DNA of 64,000 nt from Mobula hypostoma (GCF_963921235.1 NC_086097.1:104472001-104536000); one strand, 5' to 3'. Numbered from the stretch's first letter, positions 1 through 13,625 are shown. The notes: a model not told the origin generated them from the letters alone. Program-made: numbers and translations.

Positions 1-1845
1 ATAACATCACCAATGACCACCCCACCCCACCTCACATCACATCACCAATGACCACCCCATCCCACCTCACATAACATCACCAATGATCACTCCACCCCAC
101 CTCACATAACATCACCAATGACCACTCCACCCCACCTCACATAACATCACCAATGACCACCCCATCCCACCTCACATAACATCACCAATGATCACTCCAC
201 CCCACCTCACATAACATCACCAATGACCACCCCATCCCACCTCACATAACATCACCAATGATCACTCCACCCCACCTCACATAACATCACCAATGACCAC
301 CCCACCCCACTCCACTGGCACATCACATCACCAATGACCACCCCACCCCACCTCACATCACATCAACAATGATCACCCCACCCCCACCCCACCTCACATC
401 ACATCAACAATGATCACCCCACCCCCACCCCACCTCACATCACATCACCAACAACCACCCCACCCCAGCTCACATCACCAATGACCAACCCACCCCACCC
501 CACATCACCAATGACCACCCCACCCCACCTCACATCACCAACAACCACCCCACCCCAGCTCACATCACCAATGACCACCCCACCTCACATCACATCACCA
601 ATGACCACCCCACCTCACATCACATCACCAACAACCACCCCACCCCAGCTCACATCACCAATGACCACCCCACCTCACATCACATCACCAATGACCACCC
701 CACCCCACCTCACATCACATCACCAATGATTACCCCATCAGACCTCACATCGCCAATGACCAGCCCACTACACCTGACATCACCAATGACCACCCCACCC
801 CACCTCACATCACATCACCAACAACCACCCCACCCCAGCTCACATCACCAATGACCACCCCACCCCACATCACATCACATCACCAATGACCACCCCACCC
901 CACCTCACATCACCAATGACCACCCCACCCCACCTCACATCACATCACCAATGACCACCCCACCCCACCTCACATCACATCACCAACAACCACCCCACCC
1001 CAGCTCACATCACCAATGACCACCCCACCCCACCTCACATCACATCACCAACAACCACCCCACCCCAGCTCACATCACCAATGACCACCCCACCCCAGCT
1101 CACATCACCAATGACCACCACACCCCACCTCACATCACATCACCAATGACCACCCCACCCCACATCACCAATGACCAACCCACCCCACCCCACCAGCACC
1201 TCACATCACCAATGACCACCCCACCCCACCTCACATCACATCACCAATGATTACCCCATCAGACCTCACATCGCCAATGACCACCCCACCCCACCTCACA
1301 TCACATCACCAATGATTACCCCATCAGACCTCACATCGCCAATGACCACCCCACCCCACCTCACATCACATCACCAATGATTACCCCATCAGACCTCACA
1401 TCGCCAATGACCACCCCACCCCACCTCACATCACATCACCAATGATTACCCCATCAGACCTCACATCGCCAATGACCAGCCCACTACACCTGACATCACC
1501 AATGACCACCCCACCCCACCCCACATCACATCACCAATGACCACCCCACCCCACCTCACATCACCAATGACCACCCCACCCCACCCCACCTCACATCACC
1601 AATGACCACCCCATCTCACCGGCACCTCACATCACCAATCACCACCCCACCTCACCTCACATCACCAATCACCACCCCACCCCACCTCACATCACCAATG
1701 ACCACCCCACCCCACATCACATCACCAATCACCACCCCACCCCACCTCACATCACCAATGACCACCCCATCTCACCCCACCTCACATCACCAATCACCAC
1801 CCCACCCCACATCACATCACCAATGACCACCCCACCGCACCTCAC
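1..1845. repeat. C/A-rich irregular tandem repeat (~30-45 bp units, core CACATCACCAATGACCACCCCACCCCACCT); runs off the window start
   Basis: Directly visible tandem units with variable CACAT/CCCCA sub-repeats. Confidence 0.95.
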
Positions 1846-2152
1846 GTAGAGCCACTGCCTTACAGCACCAATGACGCTGGTGCAATGTGTGTACAGCTTT
1901 CCCTTCTCTCCGTGACCATGGGGCTTTCCTCCAGCTGTCCAGCTCCTTCTCACATCCTAAAGAGGTGCCGGCTGCTGGGGCAATGAGCCCCATCTAGTGT
2001 AGGTGAGGAGATCAGTGTGGGAAGGGTGCAAATGGGACAGAGAGAAAATAGATTATGGGGAATGAGATTGGAATGGGGCAAATGGGAAGGAGAGAAAATA
2101 GGTTGGGGAATGAGATGGGGGCGCCTACGTGAAGCAGCAATAACTGAGTCAC

Positions 2153-2290
2153 CTCGGTGAATACACTGGCCTCCCATTTCGGTGCCACTCCACATGAAGA
2201 GACGGTGAGGCATTCACTCTGCACAGTAAACTGGCTGTTTCCCCAGGCCGGGCCTCCACAGACACAGGGTCCCCTCGATCTATCTGTAAC
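2153..2290 (-). CDS. PAPLN: Papilin exon, first half of the first Ig-like domain: (R)LQIDRGDPVSVEARPGETASLLCRVNASPSLHVEWHRNGRPVYSP(R)
   Basis: Pyrimidine tract + CAG acceptor (2293-2291), GTGACT donor (2152-2147), 138 bp, phase 2/2; Ig C..W pattern; phase matches the Kunitz exon. Confidence 0.88.
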
Positions 2291-2623
2291 CTGATGAGAG
2301 AGGGGTGAATCAGAGATCAGAAAACAGCTCAGCTGAGAGTATGGCACACTGGCACTGGAGATCACGGGGTACAGAGACACGCTAGGTTGGAGAGGTGACG
2401 ACAGGGTTTGCTAGTGCGTGTGTACAGGGCTTGGGGGTGGGGGTGTGTGTGTGTACAGGGGGTGCGGGTGTGTGTGTGTGTACGTGGGTGGGGGTGTGTA
2501 CATAGAGCACGTAGCGTGTGTTTGTAGCTGTGCGATCTCAGGCTGCAGATACAATGCTTGCATGCACGTGGGAGAATACACGTGGTGTATAGGGGTGCAG
2601 CATGTGGGGGCTATCTATGTGAA

Positions 2624-3346
2624 AGGTCCCTTGTCCAGGTGTGGAGAGGGGTCCCACATGGATTTACCTATAGGCAGGCAGCTCGCGCTCAGAGGGAGAG
2701 GGGTCCCTTGTCCGGGTGTGGGGATGGGTCCCTTGACCAGGTGTGGAGAGGGGTCCCCCGTGGATTTGACTACAGACAGGCAGCTCGTGCTCAGAGGGAG
2801 AGGGGTCCCTTGTCCGGGTGTGGGGACAGGTCCCTTGTCCAGGTGTGAGGAGGGGTCCCACGTGGATTTACCTATAGGCAGGCAGCTCGCACTCAGAGGG
2901 AGAGGGGTCCCTTGTCCGGGTGTGGGGACGGGTCCCTTGTCCAGGTGTGGAGAGGGGTTCCCCGCGGATTTGACTACAGACAGGCAGCTCGCGCTCAGAG
3001 GGAGAGGGGTCCCTTGTCCGGGTGTGGGGACGGGTCCCCCGTGGATTTACCTATAGACAGGCTGCTCGCACTCAGAGGGAGGGGGGTCCCTTGTCTGGGT
3101 GTGGGGACATGTCCCCCATGGATTTGACTATAGACAGGCTGCTCGCACTCTGAGGGAGAGGGGTCCCTTGTCCGGGTGTGGGGACGGGTCCCTTGTCTGG
3201 GTGTGGGGACATGTCCCCCATGGATTTGACTATAGACAGGCTGCTCGCACTCTGAGGGAGAGGGGTCCCTTGTCCGGGTATGGGGACGGGTCCCCCGTGG
3301 ATTTACCTATAGACAGGCTGCTCGCGCTCAGAGGGAGAGGGGTCCC
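2624..3346. repeat. GC-rich minisatellite with 77/102-bp units (8 copies), overlapping the 3' end and donor of the Kunitz exon
   Basis: Anchor GATTT recurs at 2661, 2763, 2865, 2967, 3044, 3121, 3223, 3300 (spacings 102,102,102,77,77,102,77). Confidence 0.93.
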
Positions 3347-3607
3347 TGCTGGATGAATGCCCATGTTGTTTCTGCCGCTCTATGTGAGGAGTCCACCAGT
3401 GGGGCCGTTCCTCTGGACCACCTTCCAATGCAGTCCTCTTGCACTGACGCAGACACTCATCCTCCGTCTCAAAGTTGTTCCGATTTCCAAGACAACTGCC
3501 ATACCAGAAGCGGTTACAGACGGCAGACTCGGGGATGAAAAACCAGCGGACGGTCCAGTCTGTACATGGGCCATTGGCGAACAGGAGCTGGCAGTGGGCC
3601 GGGTATG
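3307..3607 (-). CDS. PAPLN: Papilin exon, Kunitz/BPTI domain plus linker: (P)YPAHCQLLFANGPCTDWTVRWFFIPESAVCNRFWYGSCLGNRNNFETEDECLRQCKR...SEREQPVY(R)
   Basis: Six Kunitz cysteines with FWYGxCxGNxNNF motif; CAG acceptor 3610-3608, AG|GTAAAT donor at 3306; 301 bp, phase 1/2, consistent with both neighbouring exons. Confidence 0.92.
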
Positions 3608-3681
3608 CTGTGGACAGGCAGGAAGCAGCAGATTAACGTAGCCTTCACCCTGACAGCCCTCACTGCACATTGCAACCAAAC

Positions 3682-4672
3682 TCCCCCACCCCACGGATCC
3701 CCACCCCACAGATCTCCACCCCAACAAACCACCACCACACTGAACCCCCACCCCACAGATCCCCCACCACACCAAACCCCCACCCCACTGAACCCCCACC
3801 CCACAGAACCCCACCACACAGATCCACCACACCGAACCCCCACCCCACAGATCCCCCACTGCACCGAACCCCCACCCCACAGATCCCCCACCACACAGAA
3901 TGCCCACCCCACAGATCCCCACCCCAACAAACCCCCAGCACACAGATCCCCCACCCCACCAAACCCCCACCACACAGATCCCCCACCCCAACAAACCCCC
4001 AGCACACAGATCCCCCACCCCACCGAACCCCCAGCACACAGATCCCCCACCACACAGATCCCCCACCCCACAGATGCCCCACCACACCGAACCCCCACCA
4101 CACAGATCTCCACCCCACTGAACCCCCACCCCACAGAACCCCACCACACAGATCCCCCACCATACTGAACCCCACCCCACAGATCCACACCACACCACAC
4201 CGAACCCCCACCCCACAGATCCCCTACCACACAGATCCCCCACCCCACCGAACCCCTAGCACACAGTTCCCCCACCCCAACAAACCCCCAGCACACAGAT
4301 CCCCCACCCCACAGAACCCCACCACACAGAACCCCCACCCTACCGAACCCCCACCCCACAGATCCCCCATCACACCAAACCCCCACCCCACAGATCCCCT
4401 ACCCCACAGATCCCCCACCCCACTGAACCCCCACCCCACTGAACCCCTACCCCACAGATCCCCCACCACACCAAACCCCCACCACACAGATCCCCACCAC
4501 ACTGAACCCCCACCCCACAGATCCCCCACCACACAGAACGTCCACCACACCGAACCCCCACCACACAGATCCGCACCACACAGATCCCCACCACACCGAA
4601 CCCCCACCCCACAGATCCCCCACCACACCGAACCCCCACTCCACAGAACCCCCGCCCCACAGATCCCCCAAA
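3682..4672. repeat. C-rich degenerate tandem repeat (CCCCACCCCACAGATC / CACCACACCGAACC modules)
   Basis: Visible 15-20 bp modules in tandem; yields low-complexity G/W/V and P/H/T ORFs. Confidence 0.93.
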
Positions 4673-4884
4673 GCACTGAGCTGTGACCTCACCTTAACCC
4701 TTGTTTCAATACACTCTATCTCAGCAGCTCCCCGGCTCTGAAATTTCCAATGCTGTCTCTGTGACACATTACGGTATTTTCTCAGATTGAGGTGTTACAT
4801 AAATGCTGGTGTTTGTAAGTGTTACTAACTAGCCCACTCTGGAGCGCTCATGTAGAGGGAGATGAGGGTCGTGGCTATAAGGCC

Positions 4885-6199
4885 ATTATGCCATAAGATA
4901 TAGGAGCAGAAGTAGGCCATTTGGCCCATTGAGTCTGCTCCACCATTCAATCATGGGCTGATCCAATTCTTCCAGTCATCCCCACTTCCCTGCTTTCACC
5001 CCATACCCGTTGATGCCGTGGTTAATCAAGAACCTATCTATCTCTGCCTTATATGCACCCAATGACTTGGCCTCCACAGCCGAATGTGGCAACAAATTCC
5101 ACAGATTTACCACCCTCTAACTAATCTCTCCGCATCTCTGTTCTCAACATCACACCCCTGCTCTTATATTCTAGACCTCTAGAAACGAATGCCAACATTG
5201 CATTCGCCTTCTTCACCACTGACTCAACCTGGAGGTTAACCTTTAGGGTATCCTGCACAAGGATTCCCAACTCACTTTGCATCTCTGCTTCTTGAATTCT
5301 CTCCCCATCGAAATTATAGTCTGCCAATTTATTTCTCCCACCAAAGTGTGTGACCATACACTTTCCCACAAAGTATTTTATTTGCCACTTCTTTGCCCAT
5401 TCCCCTAAACTATCTAAGTCTCTCTGCAGGCTCTCTGTTTCCTCAACACTAGCCACTCCTCCACCTATCTTTGTATCATCAGCAAATTTAGCCACAAATC
5501 CATTAATCCCATAGTCCAAATCATCGACATACATCGTAAAAAGTAGCGGTCCCAACACCAACTCCTGTGGAACTCCCTGGTAACCGGCAGCCAGCCAGAA
5601 TAGGATCCTTTTATTCCCACTCCCTGTTTTCTGCTGATCAGCCAATGCTCCACCCACACTAGTAACTTCCCTGTAATTCCATGGGCTCCTATCTTGCTAA
5701 GCAGCCTCACATGCGGCACCTTGTTAAAGGCCTTCTGAAAATCTAAGTACACTACATCAATTGCATCTCCTTTGTCTACCCTGCTTGTAATTTCCTCAAA
5801 AAACTGCAGTAGGTTTGTCAGGCAGCATTTTCCTTTCAGGAAACCATGCTGGCTTTGGCCTATCTTGTCATGTTCCTCCAGGTACTCAGTAATCTCATCC
5901 CTAACAATCGATTCCAACCACTTCCCAACCAGTGATGTCAGGCTAACAGGTCTATAGTTTCCTTTCTGCTGGCTCCCACCCTTCTTAAATAGCAAAGTAA
6001 CATTTAAAATTTTCCAGTCATCCAGTACAATGCCAGAATCTATCGATTCTTGAAAGATCAGTGTTAATGCCTCTGCAATCTCTCCAGCTACTTCCTTCAG
6101 AACCCGAAGGTACATTCCTTCCAGACTTATCCACCCTCAAACCATTAAGCTTCCTGAGCACATTCTCCGTTGTAATTTTCACTGCACAAACTGCACTTC
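4885..6199 (-). mobile_element. CR1-clade LINE fragment (RT to 3' UTR), frameshifted and internally deleted
   Basis: ORFs with NYRPVSLTS, QHGF, YLDFQKAF, GVPQ, KFADDTK; CR1-type 3' end near 4890. Confidence 0.9.
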
Positions 6200-6246
6200 T
6201 GTGCGGGAATCACAGACAGTAAGCACACATATCAAGATCTACTTAC

Positions 6247-6376
6247 GGTGGTTGGGCCCGTCTCTGCACCCTTCACCACTTGGTCCCTGGGCCAAGGAGG
6301 CCTCATCCCGACAGCAGCCGTACATGGAACTCCTGCACTCATCTGGCGGACTGCTCTGGGCCATCACTCTCGGATC
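6247..6376 (-). CDS. PAPLN: Papilin exon, Cys-rich repeat: DPRVMAQSSPPDECRSSMYGCCRDEASLAQGPSGEGCRDGPNH(P)
   Basis: TAG acceptor 6379-6377, GTAAGT donor 6246-6241; 130 bp, phase 0/1; C-x4-YGCC...GP.GEGC motif. Confidence 0.9.
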
Positions 6377-7418
6377 CTACACCAGGGGTGACAAGGCAGT
6401 GCTGGTCAATATTTTCACCACCCCAGCTGCCTTTATTGGCATCACCTTCCTTTGTGTGGGGTGTGACTGGAGTGCACCCCACTGAGTAGCTTCACCAGGG
6501 TTCCCAGTGAACCACTGGAATATAGGGAAATGTCCCAAGTCACTGCACACAAGGCTTTAGGGTCTCCTCAATGAGAAGGGAGAAATTGCATGAGGTGGAC
6601 GAGTGCAGGGAGGTAGTGAGTGGGAGCAGAAAGTTTGGATCATGGGACGTGGGGGTCTGGAGAGGGGGAGTGTTGAGGGGTGGGAATCAGAGGAGGGAAG
6701 ATCTGGGAAGATTGCCTGGGGTTAGTAGATTGAGCAGAGGGATGTCAGGCCACAGGAAGCTTTGAAGATGGGATCACATTAAAGTTTCTGAGCTGTCAGA
6801 GTTGAGAGCTGGAGTAGGGTTAGGTAAGGGCAAGGATGGAGATGCTTGATCAGTGGTGGGGAGGATGGGATCACTGGTCACAGGTGGATGATTCAGGGTG
6901 GGGTTAGCTGGGGGGATTCAGTGAGATAGGGTGGAGCATTTGCCTGGATGTGGGTGGGTGGAGTTTGGCTCAGTGGGTAAGCCTGATGGGGTGGGAGTGC
7001 AGGGCTGGTCAAAAGTGTGTGAATGAGCGATTCACAGTGGGATTGGGGTTTGGTGGGCTGGGGTAAAGTTGAGTGGATTGGGGTAGCTTCAGTGAGCCAG
7101 GGTGGGGCAGGGTGAAGTTGGGTTAGAGGAGCAGCAGTGCCAATGCACTAAGGTGGACACCACAGTTCCTGGGCCCAGTTACTGGTGCCCAGTCAGTCTG
7201 GTTATTGCCGACCTCCCCTGGACCCTGGACCCTGGACCTGGTCACGGCTGGTGACAGTGACCTTCATGAAGAGTGGGTGTGAGGTTCAGTGAAGCTGTCT
7301 CCATTGATTTGACAGGGTCCTGTGTAGACACTTTCTCAACATGGGGTGCTGCACTGCGTATGTTCCATCTCCATCGGAAGTCCTTGCCCAGATGACCCAT
7401 GGTCTGCCTATCTGCGTC

Positions 7419-8400
7419 ACATAGAAAATGGAACAGTACCGCACAGCTCAGGCCTTTCAGCCTAGCCCACAATGTTATGCCAAACCAATTAAACCAATGA
7501 TTCCTTAATAATCTAATCCCTCTTCACCACACATTGATCATATCCTCCTCCCCCACTTCTCTACACATTCATGAGCCTCGCTAAGTCACTTAAATGCTCC
7601 TATGCTATCTATCTCCATGTCTATCCCTGACAGTGATTTACGTGTAAAAAAACCTTGCCCTACACATTTCCTTTTAACCTGATCCCTCTCACCTGAAATA
7701 AGTGCTCTCCAGTAACAGAAACATAGAAAGCCTACAGCACAATACAGGCCCTTCGGCCCACAAAGCTGTGCCAAGCATGTTCTTACCTTAGAAATTACCT
7801 AGGGTTACCCATGGCCCTCTATTTTTCTGAGGTCCATGTACCTGTCCAGGAGTCTCTTAAAAGACCCGATCATATCCGTCTCCACCACCGTCGCTGGCGG
7901 CCTAGTACTGCACACTCCAAAACCAGGGAGAATATTCTGGCTCTCCTCTCTATGCCTCTCATAGTTTTCTCTATCAAATCTCCTCTCCACATCTGCCACT
8001 CTGGAGAAAAGGACCAGCTTCTCCTTATAGAACATGTCCTCCAAATCTGACAGCATCCTGGTAAACTATTTCTGAATCCTTTCCAAAGCCTCCACATCCT
8101 TCCGATAATGAGGCAACCAGAATTCAATGCAAGACTCTAAATATGGCCTAGCGGCTGTAGCATAGCTTCCTAGTTCTTGAACTCAAAGCCTTGACTAACA
8201 AAGGCAAACAGGCCATACACCTTCTACTATCCTACTTGGACCCTGCTCAAAAATCCAATTCCCAGGAAGGTTTCTATTAATCTTCTTACCATAGACATGA
8301 GACCCTCCAGTCTACAATTTCCAAGATTATCCCTTCTTCCCTTCTTGAACAATGGAACAAATTAGCTTCCAGCCAGTCCTCCAGTACCCTGACCTTTTAT
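7419..8400 (-). mobile_element. Cluster of short degraded CR1 3'-end fragments
   Basis: CR1-type tails at ~7419 and ~7716; ORF remnants such as SFKRLLDRYM and IEFKN-like segments. Confidence 0.65.
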
Positions 8401-8435
8401 GCCCTGATTTATCAAGAATCTGACAACCTCCGCCT

Positions 8436-9865
8436 TAATACATAGAACATAGAACAGTACAGCACAGTACAGGCCCTTCAGCCCACAATGTTGTGCCGAC
8501 CCTCAAACCCTGCCTCCCATATAACCCCCCCCCCACCTTAAATTCCTCCATATACCTAACTAGTAGTCTCTTAAATTTCACTAGTGTATCTGTCTCCACC
8601 ACTGACTCAGGCAGTGCATTCCACGCACCAACCACTCTCTGAGTAAAAAACCTTCCTCTAATATCACCCTTGAACTTCCCACGCCTTACCTTAAAGCTAT
8701 GTCCTCTTGTATTGAGCAGTGGTGCCCTGGGGAAGAGGCGCTGGCTATCCACTCTATCTATTCCTCTTATTATCTTGTACACCTCTATCATGTCTCCTCT
8801 TATCCCCCTTCTCTCCAAAGAGTAAAACCCTAGTTCCCTTAATCTCTGATCATAATCCATACTCTCTAAACCAGGCAGCATCCTGGTAAATCTCTTCTGT
8901 ACCCTTTCCAATGCTTCCACATCCTTTCTATAGTGAGGCGACCAGAACTGGACACAGTACTGCAAGTGTGGCCTAACCAGAGTTTTACAGAGCTGCATCA
9001 TTACATTGCGACTCTTAAACTCTATCCCTCGACTTATGAAAGCTAACCCCCCATAAGCTTTCTTAACTACTCTATCTACCTGTGAGGCAACTTTCAGGGA
9101 TCTGTGGACATGTACCCCCAAATCCCTCTGCTCCTCCACACTACCAAGTATCCTGCCATTTACTTTGTACTCTGCCTTGGAGTTTGTCCTTCCAAAGTGT
9201 ACCACCTCACACTTCTTCGGGTTGAACTCCATCTGCCACTTCTCAGCCCACTTCTGCATCCTATCAATGTCTCTCTGCAATCTTAGACAATCCTCTACAC
9301 TATCTACAACACCACCAACCTTTGTGTTGTCTGCAAACTTGCCAACCCACCCTTCTACCCCCACATCCAGGTCGTTAATAAAAATCACGAAAAGTAGAGG
9401 TCCCAGAACAGATCCTTGTGGGACACCACTAGTCACAACCCTCCAATCCAAATGTACTCCCTCCACCACCACCCTCTACCTTCTGCAGGCAAGCCAATTC
9501 TGAATCCACTTGGCCAAACTTCCCTGGATCCCATGCCTTCTGACTTTCTGAATAAGCCTACCATGTGGAACCTTATCAAATGCCTTACTAAAATCCATGT
9601 AGATCACATCCACTGCACTACCCTCATCTATATGCCTGGTCACCTCCTTAAAGAACTCTATCAGGCTTGTTAGACACGATCTGACCTTCACAAAGCCATG
9701 CTGACTGTCCCTGATCAGACCATGATTCTCTAAATGCCCACAGATCCTATCTCTAAGAATCTTTTCTAACAGCTTTCCCCACCACAGACGTAAGGATCAC
9801 TCGTCTATAATTACCCGGACTATCCATACTACCTTTTTTGAACAAGGGGACAATATTCGCCTCTC
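8436..9865 (-). mobile_element. CR1 LINE, 5'-truncated, relatively young
   Basis: 345-aa ORF (GVPQGSVLGPLLF, KFADNTK, LVRPHL, FFTQRVV) plus upstream YMDFSKAFDKVPH; CATAGAA-type tail. Confidence 0.93.
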
Positions 9866-12505
9866 CAGTTTCAGTACAACCTTTCTTAGATAAGGGGCCA
9901 AAAACTGCTCACAAAACTCCAAGTGAGTCCTCACAGTCCTTTATATAAACCTTATGGCCATATAACAATTACAGCACGGAAACAGGCCATCTCAGCCCTT
10001 CTAGTCCATGCCGAACACCTACTCTCACCTAGTCCCACCGACCTGCACTCAGCCCATAAACCTCCATTCCTTTCCTGTCCATATACCTATCCAATTTTAC
10101 TTTAAATGACAATATCGAACCTGCCTCTACCACTTCTGCTGGAAGCTCATTCCACACAGCTACCACTCTCTGAGTAAAGAAGTTTCCCCTCATGTTACCC
10201 CTAAACTTTTGCCCCCTAACTCTCAACTCACGTTATAAAGCCTCAACATCACATTCTTGCTTTTACCTTCTAGTCCTCTCAAAATTTATGCTAACACTGC
10301 ATTTGCCTTCCCTACCACTGATTTAAGACCATAAGATCATATGATATAGGAGCAGTAGGCCATTCAGCCCATCGAGTCTGCTCCACCATTCAATCATGGG
10401 CTGATCCAATTCTTCCAGTCATCCCCACTCCCCTGCTTTCACCCCATACCCTTTGATGCCCTGGCTAATCATGAACCTATCTATCTCTGCCTTAAATGCA
10501 CCCAATGATTTGGCCTCCACAGCCGAACGTGGCAACAAATTCCACAGATTTACCACCCTCTGACTAAAGTAATTTTTCCGCATCTCAGTTCCAAATGGAC
10601 ATCCTTCAATCCTGAAGTCATGCCCTCTTGTCCTAGAATCCACTAACATAGGAAATAACTTTGCCATATCTAATCTGTTCAGGCCTTTTTACATTCAGAA
10701 TGTTTCTATGAGATCCCCCCTCATTCTCCTGAACTCCAGGGAATACAGCCCAAGAGCTGCCAAATGTTACTCATAGGGTAACCCTTTCATTTCTGGTATC
10801 TTTCTCATGAATCTTCTCTGAACCTTATCTAATGTCAGTATATCCTTTCTAAAATGAGCCCAAAACTGCACACAATACTCCAAGTGTGGTCTCACGAGTG
10901 TCTTACAGAGCCTCAACATCACATCCCTGCTCTTATATTCTATACCTCTGGAAATGAATGCCAACACTGCATTCACCTTCTGCACCACTAACTCAACCTG
11001 GAGGTTAACCTTTAGGGTATCCTGCACAAGGACTCCCAACTCCCTTTACACCTCTGCATTTTGAATTCTCTCCCCATCTAAACAATAGTCTATCCACTTA
11101 TTTCTTCCAGCAAAGTGCATGACCATACACTTTCCAACATTGTATTTCATTTGCCACTTCTTTGCCCATTCCCCTAAACTATCTAAGTCTCTCTCCAGGC
11201 TCTCTGTTTCCTCAACAGCCCACTCCTCCATCTATCTTTGTATCATTGGCAAATTTAGCCACAAATCCATTAATCCCGTAGTCCAAATCATCGACATACA
11301 TTGTAAAAAGCAGTGGTCCCAACACTGGCCCCTGTGGAACTCCACTGGCAGCCAGCCAGAACAGGATCCCTTTATTCCCACTCTCTGTTTTCTGCCGACC
11401 AGCCAATGCCCCACCCATGCTAGTAACGTCCCTGTAATTCCATGGGCTCTTATCTTGCTAAGCACTCTCATATGCGGCACCTTGTCAAAGGCCTTCTGAA
11501 AATCCAAGTACACCACGTCTACTGCATCTCCTTTGTCTACCCTGCTTGAAATTTCTTCAAAAAATTGCAATAGGTTAGTTAGGCAGGATTTTCCTTTTGG
11601 CCTATCTTGTCATGTGCCTCCAGACAGTCCATAATTTCATCTCTAACCTGCAAGTTAATCTTTAGGGAATTCTGCATAATGACTCCCAAAGTCCCTTTGC
11701 ACCTTTCATTTTTGATTTTTTTCCCGTTTAGAAAACAGTCTATGTCTTTATTCCTTCTACCAAAGTGCATGACCTTACACTTCCTGACATTATATTCCAT
11801 CTGCCACTTCTTTGCCCATTCTCATAATCTATCCAAATCCTGCAGACTCCCTTCTTCCTCAATACAACCTGCCCTTCCACCTATCTACATGTCGTCTGCA
11901 AACTCGGCCACAAAGCCATTAATTCCGTCATTCAAATCATTGATATATAACATAAAAAGAGGCAGCCCCAACACTGACAACTGCGGAACACCGTTAGTCA
12001 CCGGCAGGCAATCATTGCTTCCTATCAACCAGCCAATGCTCTATCCATGTTAGTATCTTTCCTGTAATACCATGGGCTCTTATCTTGCTAAGCAGCCTCA
12101 TGTGCTGTGTCAAAGGCCTTCTGAAAAACCAAGTAAACAACATCAATTCTCCCTTGGCTATCCTGCTTGTTATTTCCTCAAAATAATTTTTATATCTCTA
12201 TCAAACCTCCCCTCGTTCTCCAGAGAATGACGTCCTAACCTATAACTCTATTCCCTATAACTCAGGTCCCAAGGTCCCAGTAACATCCTTGTAGATTTCC
12301 TCTGCACTCTTTCTATTTTATTGATACCTTTCCTGTACGCGGGTGACCTAGAACTGTACACCAATGTCTTATACTTCAACCTAACATCCCAACTTCTGAA
12401 CTCAGTACTCTGATTTATGAAGGCCAATGTGCCAAGAGTCCTCTTTACAACCATATTTACCTGTGATGCCACTTTCAAGGAATTATGCATCTGCATTCCC
12501 AGATC
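9866..12505 (-). mobile_element. Stack of nested CR1 fragments (3' ends at ~9960 and ~10325; further pieces to 12505)
   Basis: Several CR1 ORF2 remnants in the ORF track; 10325-11580 closely resembles 4885-6199. Confidence 0.85.
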
Positions 12506-12507
12506 AA

Positions 12508-13625
12508 TGGTATAACAGGAAAACCCATGGTATGTCAGGAAAGATACCAACATGGATAGAAGATTGGATGACTGGCAGGAGGCAAACAGTGGGGATAAAG
12601 GGGATCTTTTCTGGTTGGCTGACGATGATTAGTGGTGTTTCACAGGGGTTGGTGTTGGGGCCACCTCTTTTCATGTTCCATGTCAATGATTCGGATGATG
12701 GAATTGATGGCTTTATGGCCAAGTTTGTGGACAATGCAAAGGTGGGTGAAGGGGCAGGTGGTGTTGAAGAAGCAGGGAGTCTGCAGAAGAACTTAGACAG
12801 ATCAAAGAAATGCCAATGCAATACAGTGTAGGGAAGTGTATAAGTCATGCACTTTGGTAGAAAGAATAAAGACGTAGACTATTTTCTGAACAGAGAGAAG
12901 ATTCATATATCAGAGGGGAAAAGGGACTTGTGAGACCTTGTGCAGATTTCCTGAAGGTTAACTTGTAGGTGGAATTGGCGGTAAGGAATGCAAATGCTAT
13001 GTTGGCATTCATTTCAAAATGACTAGAATATCAAAACAAGGATGTAATGCTGAGACTTTATAAGACAATGGGCAGACCACACTTGGAGTATTTTGAGCAA
13101 TTTTGGGCCCCTTAGCTAAGAAAGAATGTGCTGGCATTGGGGAGGGTCCAGAGGAGGTTAATGAGAATGATGTTGGGAATGAAAGGGTTAACATAAGATT
13201 TGATGGCTCTGGACCCGTACTCATTGGAGTTCAGAAGAATGAGGGAGAATCTAATTGAAACCTATCGAATATTGAAAGGCCTAGTTAGAATGGACATGGA
13301 GAGGATGTTTCCTATAAGGAGAGAGTCTAGGACCAGCGGGCACAGCTTCAGAATAGAAGGATGTCCCTTTCAAACAGAGATGCGGAGGAATTTCTTTAGC
13401 CAGAGGGTGATGAATCTGTTGAATTCATTGCCACAGGCAGCTCTGGAGGCCAAGGCATTGGGTATATTTAAAGTGGAGGTTGATAGGTTCTTGATTAGTC
13501 AGGGTTTCAACGGTTACAGGAAGAAGGTAGGAGAAGGGGGGTTAAGAGGGAAAATAAATCAACCATAATGGAATGGTGGAGCAGACTCGATAGGCTGAAT
13601 GGACTAATTCTGGTCTTTTTTTGGT
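12508..13625 (+). mobile_element. CR1 LINE fragment, plus strand, degraded
   Basis: ORFs with GVSQGLVLGP, KFVDNAK, YSLEFRRMR, FFSQRVMNL; 3' UTR near 13560-13625. Confidence 0.88.

Noticed and set aside
481..4767. Pro/His/Thr-rich and Gly/Trp/Val-rich ORFs resembling mucins or extensins
   Set aside because: Translations of low-complexity tandem repeats, open in several frames on both strands
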